A DNA stretch of 64,000 nucleotides from the human T2T-CHM13v2.0 reference genome, Homo sapiens. Each line of letters begins with the position of its first letter. Position 1 is the first letter of the stretch. The notes below the pieces were generated by a model. The model ran no database searches, was not told where the DNA came from, and worked only from the letters and a program-made list of their open reading frames with translations. The DNA is taken from the NCBI RefSeq assembly GCF_009914755.1, contig NC_060925.1; one strand, given 5' to 3'. Of this stretch, positions 13,301 to 25,500 are shown piece by piece. The translations under genes were made by a program, and so were the position numbers.

Positions 13301-16300
13301 TTCCTGAGAATGCTACGGTCTAGTTTTTATGGGCAGTGATTTCCTCTACTGCCATAGGCCTCAAAGCGGTCCAAATCTCCCCTTGCAGATTCTACCAACA
13401 GTGTGTTTCCAAACGGCTCTATCAAAGGGAATGTTCAACTCTGTGAGTTGAAAGCAACCATCACAAAGTAGTTTCTGAGAATGCTTCCATCTACCTTTTA
13501 TGAGTAGATATTTCCTTTTCCACCACAGGCCTCGAAGCCCTCCAAATGTCCACTTACAGATTCTAGAAAGAGAGGGTTTCAAAGCTGCTCTATCGAAAGG
13601 AATGTATAACTCTGTGAGTTGAATGCAAACATCACAAAGAAGTCTCTGAGCATGCTTCCGTTTAGCTTTTATGGGAAGATTATCCCTTTTCCATCGAAAT
13701 CTTCAAAGAGGTCCAAATATCCGCTTGCAGATCCCACTGAAAGAGTGTTTCCAAACTGCTGTATCAAAAGGAACCTTCAACTCCGCGAGTTGAATGCAAT
13801 CATCACAACGAAGTTTCTGACAATGCTTCTCTCTAGTTTTTAGCTGAAGATATTTCCTTTTCCACCACAGGCCTGAAAGCGCTCCAAATGTCCACACGGA
13901 GACTCTACGAAAAGAATGTTTCAAAAGTGCTCTATGAAAAGCTAGGTTAAACTCTGGGAGTTGAACACATGCCTCACAAAGAAGTTTCTGAGAAGGCATC
14001 TCTTTACTCTTTATGTGAAGATATTCCCGTTTGCAAAGAAATCTTCACAGAGTTCCACCTATCCATGTTCAGGTTCTAGAAAAAAGAGAGTTTCGAAACT
14101 GCTCTATCCAAAGGAATGTTCAACTCTGTGAGTTGAATGCAATCATCACAGAGAAGTTTCTGAGAAGGCTTCTGTCTGGATTTTATGTGAAGATATACCC
14201 GTTTCGAACGAGGGCCACAAAGTGCTCCAAATATCCACTTGCAGATCCTACAAAAAGAGTGTTTCAAACGTGAAGTATCAAAGGAAGGTTCAACTCTGGA
14301 CTTTGAATGCAAACGTCACAAAGAAGTTTCTGCGAAAGCTTCTGTTCAGTTAGGTGACGTTATCCCGTTTCCAACGAAATCCTCAGGGAGTTCCAAATAT
14401 CCACTTGCAGATTCTACAAAAAGTGTGTTTCAAAACTGCTCCATCCAAAGGAATGTTCAGCTCTGTGAGTTCAACTAAACCATCACAAAGTATTCTCTGA
14501 AAATGCTTCTGTCCAGTTTTCACACGAAGCTATATCCTTTACTACCTTACGCCTCAAAGCGTTCCAAATCTCCACTTGCAGATACTACGAAAAGAGTGTT
14601 TCACCCTGAACTCACAAGGGAAGGTTCAACTCTGGGAGGTGAATGCCAACATCACGAAGAAGTTTCTGAGAATGCTTCTGTTTAGTTATGTGAGGTTTAT
14701 CCCGTTTCCAAAGAAATCCTCAGAGAAGTCCAAATACCCACTTGCAGATTCCCCAAAAGTGTGTTTCCAAACTGCTCCATCCAAAGCAATGTTCAGCTCT
14801 GTGGGTTGAACTCAATCGTCACAAAGTGTTTCCTGAGAATGCTACGGTCTAGTTTTTATGGGCAGTGATTTCCTCTACTGCCATAGGCCTCAAAGCGGTC
14901 CAAATCTCCCCTTGCAGATTCTACCAAAAGTGTGTTTCCAAACGGCTCTATCAAACGGAATGTTCAACTCTTTGAGTTGAAAGCAACCATCACAAAGTAG
15001 TTTCTGAGAATGCTTCCATCTACCTTTTATGAGTAGATATTTCCTTTTCCACCACAGGCCTCGAAGCCCTCCAAATGTCCACTTACAGATTCTAGAAAGA
15101 GAGGGTTTCAAAGCTGCTCTATCGAAAGGAAAGTATAACTCTGTGAGTTGAATGCAAACATCACAAAGAAGTCTCTGAGCATGCTTCCGTTTAGCTTTTA
15201 TGGGAAGATTATCCCTTTTCCATCGAAATCTTCAAAGAGGTCCAAATATCCGCTTGCAGTTCCCACCGAAAGAGTGTTTCCAAACTGCTGTATCAAAAGG
15301 AACCTTCAACTCCGTGAGTTGAATGCAATCATCACAAAGAAGTTTCTGACAATGCTTCTCTCTAGTTTTTAGCTGAAGATATTTCCTTTTCCACCACAGG
15401 CCTGAAAGCGCTCCAAATGTCCACTTGGAGACTCTACGAAAAGAATGTTTCAAAAGTGCTCTATGAAAAGCAAGGTTAAACTCTGGGAGTTGAACACATG
15501 CCTCACAAAGAAGTTTCTGAGAAGGCATCTCTTTACTCTTTATGTGAAGATATTCCCGTTTGCAAAGAAATCTTCACAGAGTTCCACCTATCCATGTGCA
15601 GGTTCTAGAAAAAAGAGAGTTTCGAAACTGCTCTATCCAAAGGAATGTTCAACTCTGTGAGTTGAATGCAATCATCACAGAGAAGTTTCTGAGAAGGCTT
15701 CTGTCTGGATTTTATGTGAAGATATACCCGTTTCGAACGAGGGCCACAAAGTGCTCCAAATATCCACTTGCAGATCCTACAAAAAGAGTGTTTCAAACGT
15801 GAACTATCAAAGGAAGGTTCAACTCTGGAGTTTGAATGCAAACGTCACAAAGAAGTTTCTGCGAAAGCTTCTGTTCAGTTAGGTGACGTTATCCCGTTTC
15901 CAACGAAATCCTCAGGGAGTTCCAAATATCCACTTGCAGATTCTACAAAAAGTGTGTTTCAAAACTGCTCCATCCAAAGGAATGTTCAGCTCGGTGAGTT
16001 CAACTAAATCATCACAAAGTATTCTCTGAGAATGCTTCTGTCCAGTTTTTACACGAAGCTATATCCTTTACTACCTTAGGCCTCAAAGCGTTCCAAATCT
16101 CCACTTGCAGATACTACGAAAAGAGTGTTTCACCCTGAACTCACAAGGGAAGTTTCAAATCTGGGAGTTGAATGCCAACATCACGAAGAAGTTTCTGAGA
16201 ATGCTTCCGTTTAGTTATGTGAGGTTTATCCCGTTTCCAATGAAATCCTCAGAGAAGTCCATATACCCACTTGCAGATTCCACAAAAAGTGTGTTTCCAA

Positions 16301-16520
16301 ACTGCTCCATCCAAAGCAATGTTCAGCTCTGTGGGTTGAACTCAATCGTCACAAAGTGTTTCCTGAGAATGCTACGGTCTAGTTTTTATGGGCAGTGATT
16401 TCCTCTACTGCCATAGGCCTCAAAGCGGTCCAAATCTCCCCTTGCAGATTCTACCGACAGTGTGTTTCCAAACGGCTCTATCAAAGGGAATGTTCAACTC
16501 TGTGAGTTGAAAGCAACCAT
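7400..16520 (-). repeat. Three tandem copies of a 3,059-bp two-HOR (18-monomer) super-unit
   Basis: Private variants recur at exactly 3059 bp: CTCCGCGAG at 7663/10722/13781, CTCGGTGAG at 9872/12931/15990, and the 1-bp-deletion allele TTCCCCAAAAG at ~8631/11690/14749. Boundaries are approximate (about +/-200 bp). Confidence 0.9.
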
Positions 16521-19500
16521 CACAAAGTAGTTTCTGAGAATGCTTCCATCTACCTTTTATGAGTAGATATTTCCTTTTCCACCACAGGCCTCGAAGCCCT
16601 CCAAATGTCCACTTACAGATTCTAGAAAGAGAGGGTTTCAAAGCTGCTCTATGGAAAGGAAAGTATAACTCTGTGAGTTGAATGCAAACATCACAAAGAA
16701 GTCTCTGAGCATGCTTCCGTTTAGCTTTTATGGGAAGATTATCCCTTTTCCATCGAAATCTTCAAAGAGGTCCAAATATCCGCTTGCAGATCCCACTGAA
16801 AGAGTGTTTCCAAACTGCTGTATCAAAAGGCACCTTCAACTCCGTGAGTTGAATGCAATCATCACAAAGAAGTTTCTGACAATGCTTCTCTCTAGTTTTT
16901 AGCTGAAGATATTTCCTTTTCCACCACAGGCCTGAAAGCACTCCACATGTCCACTTGGAGACTCTACGAAAAGAATGTTTCAAAAGTGCTCTATGAAAAG
17001 CAAGGTTAAACTCTGGGAGTTGAACACATGCCTCACAAAGAAGTTTCTGAGAAGGCATCTCTTTACTCTTTATGTGAAGATATTCCCGTTTGCAAAGAAA
17101 TCTTCACAGAGTTCCACCTATCCATGTGCAGGTTCTAGAAAAAAGAGAGTTTCGAAACTGCTCTATCCAAAGGAATGTTCAACTCTGTGAGTTGAATGCA
17201 ATCATCACAGAGAAGTTTCTGAGAAGGCTTCTGTCTGGATTTTATGTGAAGATATACCCGTTTCGAACGAGGGCCACAAAGTGCTCCAAATATCCACTTG
17301 CAGATCCTACAAAAAGAGTGTTTCAAACGTGAACTATCAAAGGAAGGTTCAACTCTGGACTTTGAATGCAAACGTCACAAAGAAGATTTGCGAAAGCTTC
17401 TGTTCACTTAGGTGACGTTATCCCGTTTCCAACGAAATCCTCAGGGAGTTCCAAATATCCACTTGCAGATTCTACAAAAAGTGTGTTTCAAAACTGCTCC
17501 ATCCAAAGGAATGTTCAGCTCTGTGAGTTCAACTAAACCATCACAAAGTATTCTCTGAAAATGCTTCTGTCCAGTTTTCACACGAAGCTATATCCTTTAC
17601 TGCCTTAGGCCTCAAAGCGTTCCAAATCTCCACTTGCAGATACTACGAAAAGAGTGATTCACCCTGAACTCACAAGGGAAGGTTCAACTCTGGGAGTTGA
17701 ATGCCAACATCACGAAGAAGTTTCTGAGAATGCTTCTGTTTAGTTATGTGAGGTTTATCCCGTTTCCAACGAAATCCTCAGAGAAGTCCAAATACCCACT
17801 TGCAGATTCCACAAAAGTGTGTTTCCAAACTGCTCCATCCAAAGCAATGTTCAGCTCTGTGGGTTGAACTCAATCGTCACAAAGTGTTTCCTGAGAATGC
17901 TATGGTCTAGTTTTTATGGGCAGTGATTTCCTCTACTGCCATAGGCCTCAAAGTGGTCCAAATCTCCCCTTGCAGATTCTACCAAAAGTGTGTTTCCAAA
18001 CGGCTCTATCAAACGGAATGTTCAACTCTTTGAGTTGAAAGCAACCATCACAAATTAGTTTCTGAGAATGCTTCCGTCTACCTTTTATGAGTAGATATTT
18101 CCTTTTCCACCACAGGCCTCGAAGCCCTCCAAATGTCCACTTACAGATTCTAGAAAGAGAGGGTTTCAAAGCTGCTCTATCGAAAGGAAAGTATAACTCT
18201 GTGAGTTGAATGCAAACATCACAAAGAAGTCTCTGAGCATGCTTCCGTTTAGCTTTTATGGGAAGATTATCCCTTTTCCATCGAAATCTTCAAAGAGGTC
18301 CAAATATCCGCTTGCAGATCCCACTGAAAGAGTGTTTCCAAACTGCTGTATCAAAAGGAACCTTCAACTCCGTGAGTTGAATGCAATCATCACAAAGAAG
18401 TTTCTGACAATGCTTCTCTCTAGTTTTTAGCTGAAGATATTTCCTTTTCCACCACAGGCGTGAAAGCGCTCCAAATGTCCACTTGGAGACTCTACGAAAA
18501 GAATGTTTCAAAAGTGCTCTATGAAAAGCAAGGTTAAACTCTGGGAGTTGAACACATGCCTCACAAAGAAGTTTCTGAGAAGGCATCTCTTTACTCTTTA
18601 TGTGAAGATATTCCCGTTTGCAAAGAAATCTTCACAGAATTCCACCTATCCATGTGCAGGTTCTAGAAAAAAGAGAGTTTCGAAACTGCTCTATCCAAAG
18701 GAATGTTCAACTCTGTGAGTTGAATGCAATCATCACAGAGAAGTTTCTGTGAAGGTTTCTGTCTGGATTTTATGTGAAGATATACCCGTTTCGAACGAGG
18801 GCCACAAAGTGCTCCAAATATCCACTTGCAGATCCTACAAAAAGAGTGTTTCAAACGTGAACTATCAAAGGAAGGTTCAACTCTGGACTTTGAATGCAAA
18901 CGTCACAAAGAAGTTTCTGCGAAAGCTTCTGTTCAGTTAGGTGACGTTATCCCGTTTCCAACGAAATCCTCAGGGATTTCCAAATATCCACTTGCAGATT
19001 GTACAAAAAGTGTGTTTCAAAACTGCTCCATCCAAAGGAATGTTCAGCTCTGTGAGTTCAACTAAATCATCACAAAGTATTTTCTGAGAATGCTTCTGTC
19101 CAGTTTTTACACGAAGCTATATCCTTTACTACCTTAGGCCTCAAGGCGTTCCAAATCTCCACTTGCAGATACTATAAAAAGAGTGTTTCACCCTGAACTC
19201 ACAAGGGAAGTTTCAACTCTGGGAGTTGAATGCCAACATCACGAAGAAGTTTCTGAGAATGCTTCTGTTTAGTTATGTGAGGTTTATCCCGTTTCCAACG
19301 AAATCCTCAGAGAAGTCCAAATACCCACTTGCAGATTCCACAAAAAGTGTGTTTCCAAACTGCTCCATCCAAAGCAATGTTCAGCTCTGTGGGTTGAACT
19401 CAATCGTCACAAAGTGTTTCCTGAGAATGCTACGGTCTAGTTTTTATGGGCAGTGATTTCCTCTACTGCCATAGGCCTCAAAGCGGTCCAAATCTCCCCT

Positions 19501-22500
19501 TGCAGATTCTACCGACAGTGTGTTTCCAAACGGCTCTATCAAACGGAATGTTCAACTCTTTGAGTTGAAAGCAACCATCACAAAGTAGTTTCTGAGAATG
19601 CTTCCATCTACCTTTTATGAGTAGATATTTCCTTTTCCACCACAGGCCTCGAAACCCTCCAAATGTCCACTTACAGATTCTAGAAAGAGAGGGTTTCAAA
19701 GCTGCTCTATCGAAAGGAAAGTATAACTCTGTGAGTTGAATGCAAACATCACAAAGAAGTCTCTGAGCATGCTTCCGTTTAGCTTTTATGGGAAGATTAT
19801 CCCTTTCCCATCGAAATCTTCAAAGAGGTCCAAATATCCGCTTGCAGTTCCCACCGAAAGAGTGTTTCCAAACTGCTGTATCAAAAGGAACCTTCAACTC
19901 CGTGAGTTGAATGCAATCATCACAAAGAAGTTTCTGACAATGCTTCTCTCTATTTTTTAGCTGAAGATATTTCCTTTTCCTCCACAGGCCTGAAAGCGCT
20001 CCAAATGTCCACTTGGAGACTCTACGAAAAGAATGTTTCAAAACTGCTCTATGAAAAGCAAGGTTAAACTCTGGGAGTTGAACACATGCCTCACAAAGAA
20101 GTTTCTGAGAAGGCATCTCTTTACTCTTTATGTGAAGATATTCCCGTTTGCAAAGAAATCTTCACAGAGTTCCACCTATCCATGTGTAGGTTCTAGAAAA
20201 AAGAGAGTTTCGAAACTGCTCTATCCAAAGGAATGTTCAACTCTGTGAGTTGAATGCAATCATCACAGAGAAGTTTCTGAGAAGGCTTCTGTCTGGATTT
20301 TATGTGAAGATATACCCGTTTCGAACGAGGGCCACAAAGTGCTCCAAATATCCACTTGCAGATCCTACAAAAAGAGTGTTTCAAACGTGAACTATCAAAG
20401 GAAGGTTCAACTCTGGACTTTGAATGCAAACGTCACAAAGAAGTTTCTGCGAAAGCTTCTGTTCAGTTAGGTGACGTTATCCCGTTTCCAACGAAATCTT
20501 CAGGGAGTTCCAAATATCCACTTGCAGATTCTACAAAAAGTGTGTTTCAAAACTGCTCCATCCAAAGGAATGTTCAGCTCTGTGAGTTCAACTAAACCAT
20601 CACAAAGTATTCTCTGAGAATGCTTCTGTCCAGTTTCCACACGAAGCTATATCCTTTACTACCTTATGCCTCAAAGCGTTCCAAATCTCCACTTGCAGAT
20701 ACTACGAAAAGAGTGTTTCACCCTGAACTCACAAGGGAAGGTTCAACTCTGGGAGTGGAATGCCAACATCACGAAGAAGTTTCTGAGAATGCTTCTGTTT
20801 AGTTATGTGAGGTTTATCCCGTTTCCAACGAAATCCTCAGAGAATTCCAAATACCCACTTGCAGATTCCACAAAAAGTGTGTTTCCAAACTGCTCCATCC
20901 AAAGCAATGTTCAGCTCTGTGGGTTGAACTCAATCGTCACAAAGTGTTTCCTGAGAATGCTACGGTCTAGTTTTTATGGGCAGTGATTTCCTCTACAGCC
21001 ATAGGCCTCAAAGCGGTCCAAATCTCCCCTTGCAGATTCTACCAACAGTGTGTTTCCAAACGGCTCTATCAAAAGGAATGTTCAACTCTGTGAGTTGAAA
21101 GCAACCATCACAAAGTAGTTTCTGAGAATGCTTCCATCTACCTTTTATGAGTAGATATTTCCTTTTCCACCACAGGCCTTGAAGCCCTCCAAATGTCCAC
21201 TTACAGATTCTAGAAAGAGAGGGTTTCAAAGCTGCTCTATCGAAAGGAAAGTATAACTCTGTGAGTTGAATGCAAACATCACAAAGAAGTCTCTGAGCAT
21301 GCTTCCGTTTAGCTTTTATGGGAAGATTATCCCTTTTCCATCGAAATCTTCAAAGAGGTCCAAATATCCGCTTGCAGTTCCCACCGAAAGAGTGTTTCCA
21401 AACTGCTGTATCAAAAGGAACCTTCAACTCCGTGAGTTGAATGCAATCATCACAAAGAAGTTTCTGACAATGCTTCTCTCTAGTTTTTAGCTGAAGATAT
21501 TTCCTTTTCCACCACAGACCTGAAAGCGCTCCAAATGTCCACTTGGAGACTCTACGAAAAGAATGTTTCAAAACTGCTCTATGAAAAGCAAGGTTAAACT
21601 CTGGGAGTTGAACACATGCCTCACAAAGAAGTTTCTGAGAAGGCATCTCTTTACTCTTTATGTGAAGATATTCCCGTTTGCAAAGAAATCTTCACAGAGT
21701 TCCACCTATCCATGTGCAGGTTCTAGAAAAAAGAGAGCTTCGAAACTGCTCTATCCAAAGGAATGTTCAACTCTGTGAGTTGAATGCAATCATCACAGAG
21801 AAGTTTCTGAGAAGGCTTCTGTCTGGATTTTATGTGAAGATATACCCGTTTCGAACGAGGGCCACAAAGTGCTCCAAATATCCACTTGCAGATCCTACAA
21901 AAAGAGTGTTTCAAGCGTGAAGTATCAAAGGAAGTTTCAACTCTGGACTTTGAATGCAAACGTCACAAAGAAGTTTCTGCGAAAGCTTCTGTTCAGTTAG
22001 GTGACGTTATCCCGTTTCCAACGAAATCCTCAGGGAGTTCCAAATATCCACTTGCAGATTCTACAAAAAGTGTGTTTCAAAACTGCTCCATCCAAAGGAA
22101 TGTTCAGCTCTGTGAGTTCAACTAAATCATCACAAAGTATTTTCTGAGAATGATTCTGTCCAGTTTTTACACGAAGCTATATCCTTTACTACCTTAGGCC
22201 TCAAAGCGTTCCAAATCTCCACTTGCAGATACTACGAAAAGAGTGTTTCACCCTGAACTCACAAGGGAAGTTTCAACTCTGGGAGTTGAATGCCAACATC
22301 ACGAAGAAGTTTCTGAGAATGCTTCTGTTTAGTTATGTGAGGTTCATCCCGTTTCCAACGAAATCCTCAGAGAAGTCCAAATACCCACTTGCAGATTCCA
22401 CAAAAAGTGTGTTTCCAAACTGCTCCATCCAAAGCAATGTTCAGCTCTGTGGGTTGAACTCAATCGTCACAAAGTGTTTCCTGAGAATGCTACGGTCTAG

Positions 22501-25500
22501 TTTTTATGGGCAGTGATTTCCTCTACTGCCATAGGCCTCAAAGCGGTCCAAATCTCCCCTTGCAGATTCTACCAAAAGTGTGTTTCCAAACGGCTCTATC
22601 AAAGGGAATGTTCAACTCTGTGAGTTGAAAGCAACCATCACAAAGTAGTTTCTGAGAATGCTTCCATCTACCTTTTATGAGTAGATATTTCCTTTTCCAC
22701 CACAGGCCTCGAAGCCCTCCAAATGTCCACTTACAGATTCTAGAAAGAGAGGGTTTCAAAGCTGCTCTATCGAAAGGAAAGTATAACTCTGTGAGTTGAA
22801 TGCAAACATCACAAAGAAGTCTCTGAGCATGCTTCCGTTTAGCTTTTATGGGAAGATTATCCCTTTTCCATCGAAATCTTCAAAGAGGTCCAAATATCCG
22901 CTTGCAGTTCCCACTGAAAGAGTGTTTCCAAACTGCTGTATCAAAAGGAACCTTCAACTCCGTGAGTTGAATGCAATCATCACAAAGAAGTTTCTGACAA
23001 TGCTTCTCTCTAGTTTTTAGCTGAAGATATTTCCTTTTCCACCACAGGCCTGAAAGCGCTCCAAATGTCCACTTGGAGACTCTACGAAAAGAATGTTTCA
23101 AAACTGCTCTATGAAAAGCAGTGTTAAACTCTGGGAGTTGAACACATGCCTCACAAAGAAGTTTCTGAGAAGGCATCTCTTTACTCTTTATGTGAAGATA
23201 TTCCCGTTTGCAAAGAAATCTTCACAGAGTTCCACCTATCCATGTGCAGGTTCTAGAAAAAAGAGAGTTTCGAAACCGCTCTATCCAAAGGAATGTTCAA
23301 CTCTGTGAGTTGAATGCAATCATCACAGAGAAGTTTCTGAGAAGGCTTCTGTCTGGATTTTATGCGAAGATATACCCGTTTCGAACGAGGGCCACAAAGT
23401 GCTCCAAATATCCACTTGCAGATCCTACAAAAAGAGTGTTTCAAACGTGAACTATCAAAGGAAGGTTCAACTCTGGACTTTGAATGCAAACGTCACAAAG
23501 AAGTTTCTGCGAAAGCTTCTGTTCAGTTAGGTGACGTTATCCCGTTTCCAACGAAATCCTCAGGGAGTTCCAAATATCCACTTGCAGATTCTACAAAAAG
23601 TGTGTTTCAAAACTGCTCCATCCAAAGGAATGTTCAGCTCTGTGAGTTCAACTAAATCATCACAAAGTATTTTCTGAGAATGCTTCTGTCCAGTTTTTAC
23701 ACGAAGCTATATCCTTTACTAGCTTAGGCCTCAAAGCGTTCCAAATCTCCACTTGCAGATACTACGAAAAGAGTGTTTCACCCTGAACTCACAAGGGAAG
23801 GTTCAACTCTGTGAGTTGAATGCCAACATCACGAAGAAGTTTCTGAGAATGCTTCTGTTTAGTTATGTGAGGTTTATCCCGTTTCCAACGAAATCCTCAG
23901 AGAAGTCCAAATACCCACTTGCAGATTCCACAAAAAGTGTGTTTCCAAACTGCTCCATCCAAAGCAATGTTCAGCTCTGTGGGTTGAACTCAATCGTCAC
24001 AAAGTGTTTCCTGAGAATGCTACGGTCTAGTTTTTATGGGCAGTGATTTCCTCTACTGCCATAGGCCTCAAAGCGGTCCAAATCTCCCCTTTGCAGATTC
24101 TACCAAAAGTGTGTTTCCAAACGGCTCTATCAAAGGGAATGTTCAACTCTGTGAGTTGAAAGCAACCATCACAAAGTAGTTTCTGAGAATGCTTCCATCT
24201 ACCTTTTATGAGTAGATATTTCCTTTTCCACCACAGGCCTCGAAGCCCTCCAAATGTCCACTTACAGATTCTAGAAAGAGAGGGTTTCAAAGCTGCTCTA
24301 TCGAAAGGAAAGTATAACTCTGTGAGTTGAATGCAAACATCACAAAGAAGTCTCTGAGCATGCTTCCGTTTAGCTTTTATGGGAAGATTATCCCTTTTCC
24401 ATCGAAATCTTCAAAGAGGTCCAAATATCCGCTTGCAGTTCCCACTGAAAGAGTGTTTCCAAACTGCTGTATCAAAAGGAACTTTCAACTCCGTGAGTTG
24501 AATGCAATCATCACAAAGAAGTTTCTGACAATGCTTCTCTCTAGTTTTTAGCTGAAGATATTTCCTTTTCCACCACAGGCCTGAAAGCGCTCCAAATGTC
24601 CACTTGGAGACTCTACGAAAAGAATGTTTCAAAACTGCTCTATGAAAAGCAGTGTTAAACTCTGGGAGTTGAACACATGCCTCACAAAGAAGTTTCTGAG
24701 AAGGCATCTCTTTACTCTTTATGTGAAGATATTCCCGTTTGCAAAGAAATCTTCACAGAGTTCCACCTATCCATGTGCAGGTTCTAGAAAAAAGAGAGTT
24801 TCGAAACTGCTCTATCCAAAGGAATGTTCAACTCTGTGAGTTGAATGCAATCATCACAGAGAAGTTTCTGAGAAGGCTTCTGTCTGGATTTTATGTGAAG
24901 ATATACCCGTTTCGAACGAGGGCCACAAAGTGCTCCAAATATCCACTTGCAGATCCTACAAAAAGAGTGTTTCAAACGTGAACTATCAAAGGAAGGTTCA
25001 ACTCTGGACTTTGAATGCAAACGTCACAAAGAAGTTTCTGCGAAAGCTTCTGTTCAGTTAGGTGACGTTATCCCGTTTCCAACGAAATCCTCAGGGAGTT
25101 CCAAATATCCACTTGCAGATTCTACAAAAAGTGTGTTTCAAAACTGCTCCATCCAAAGGAATGTTCAGCTCTGTGAGTTCAACTAAATCATCACAAAGTA
25201 TTTTCTGAGAATGCTTCTGTCCAGTTTTTACACGAAGCTATATCCTTTACTAGCTTAGGCCTCAAAGCGTTCCAAATCTCCACTTGCAGATACTACGAAA
25301 AGAGTGTTTCACCCTGAACTCACAAGGGAAGGTTCAACTCTGTGAGTTGAATGCCAACATCACGAAGAAGTTTCTGAGAATGCTTCTGTTTAGTTATGTG
25401 AGGTTTATCCCGTTTCCAAGGAAATCCTCAGAGAAGTCCAAATACCCACTTGCAGATTCCACAAAAAGTGTGTTTCCAAACTGCTCCATCCAAAGCAATG

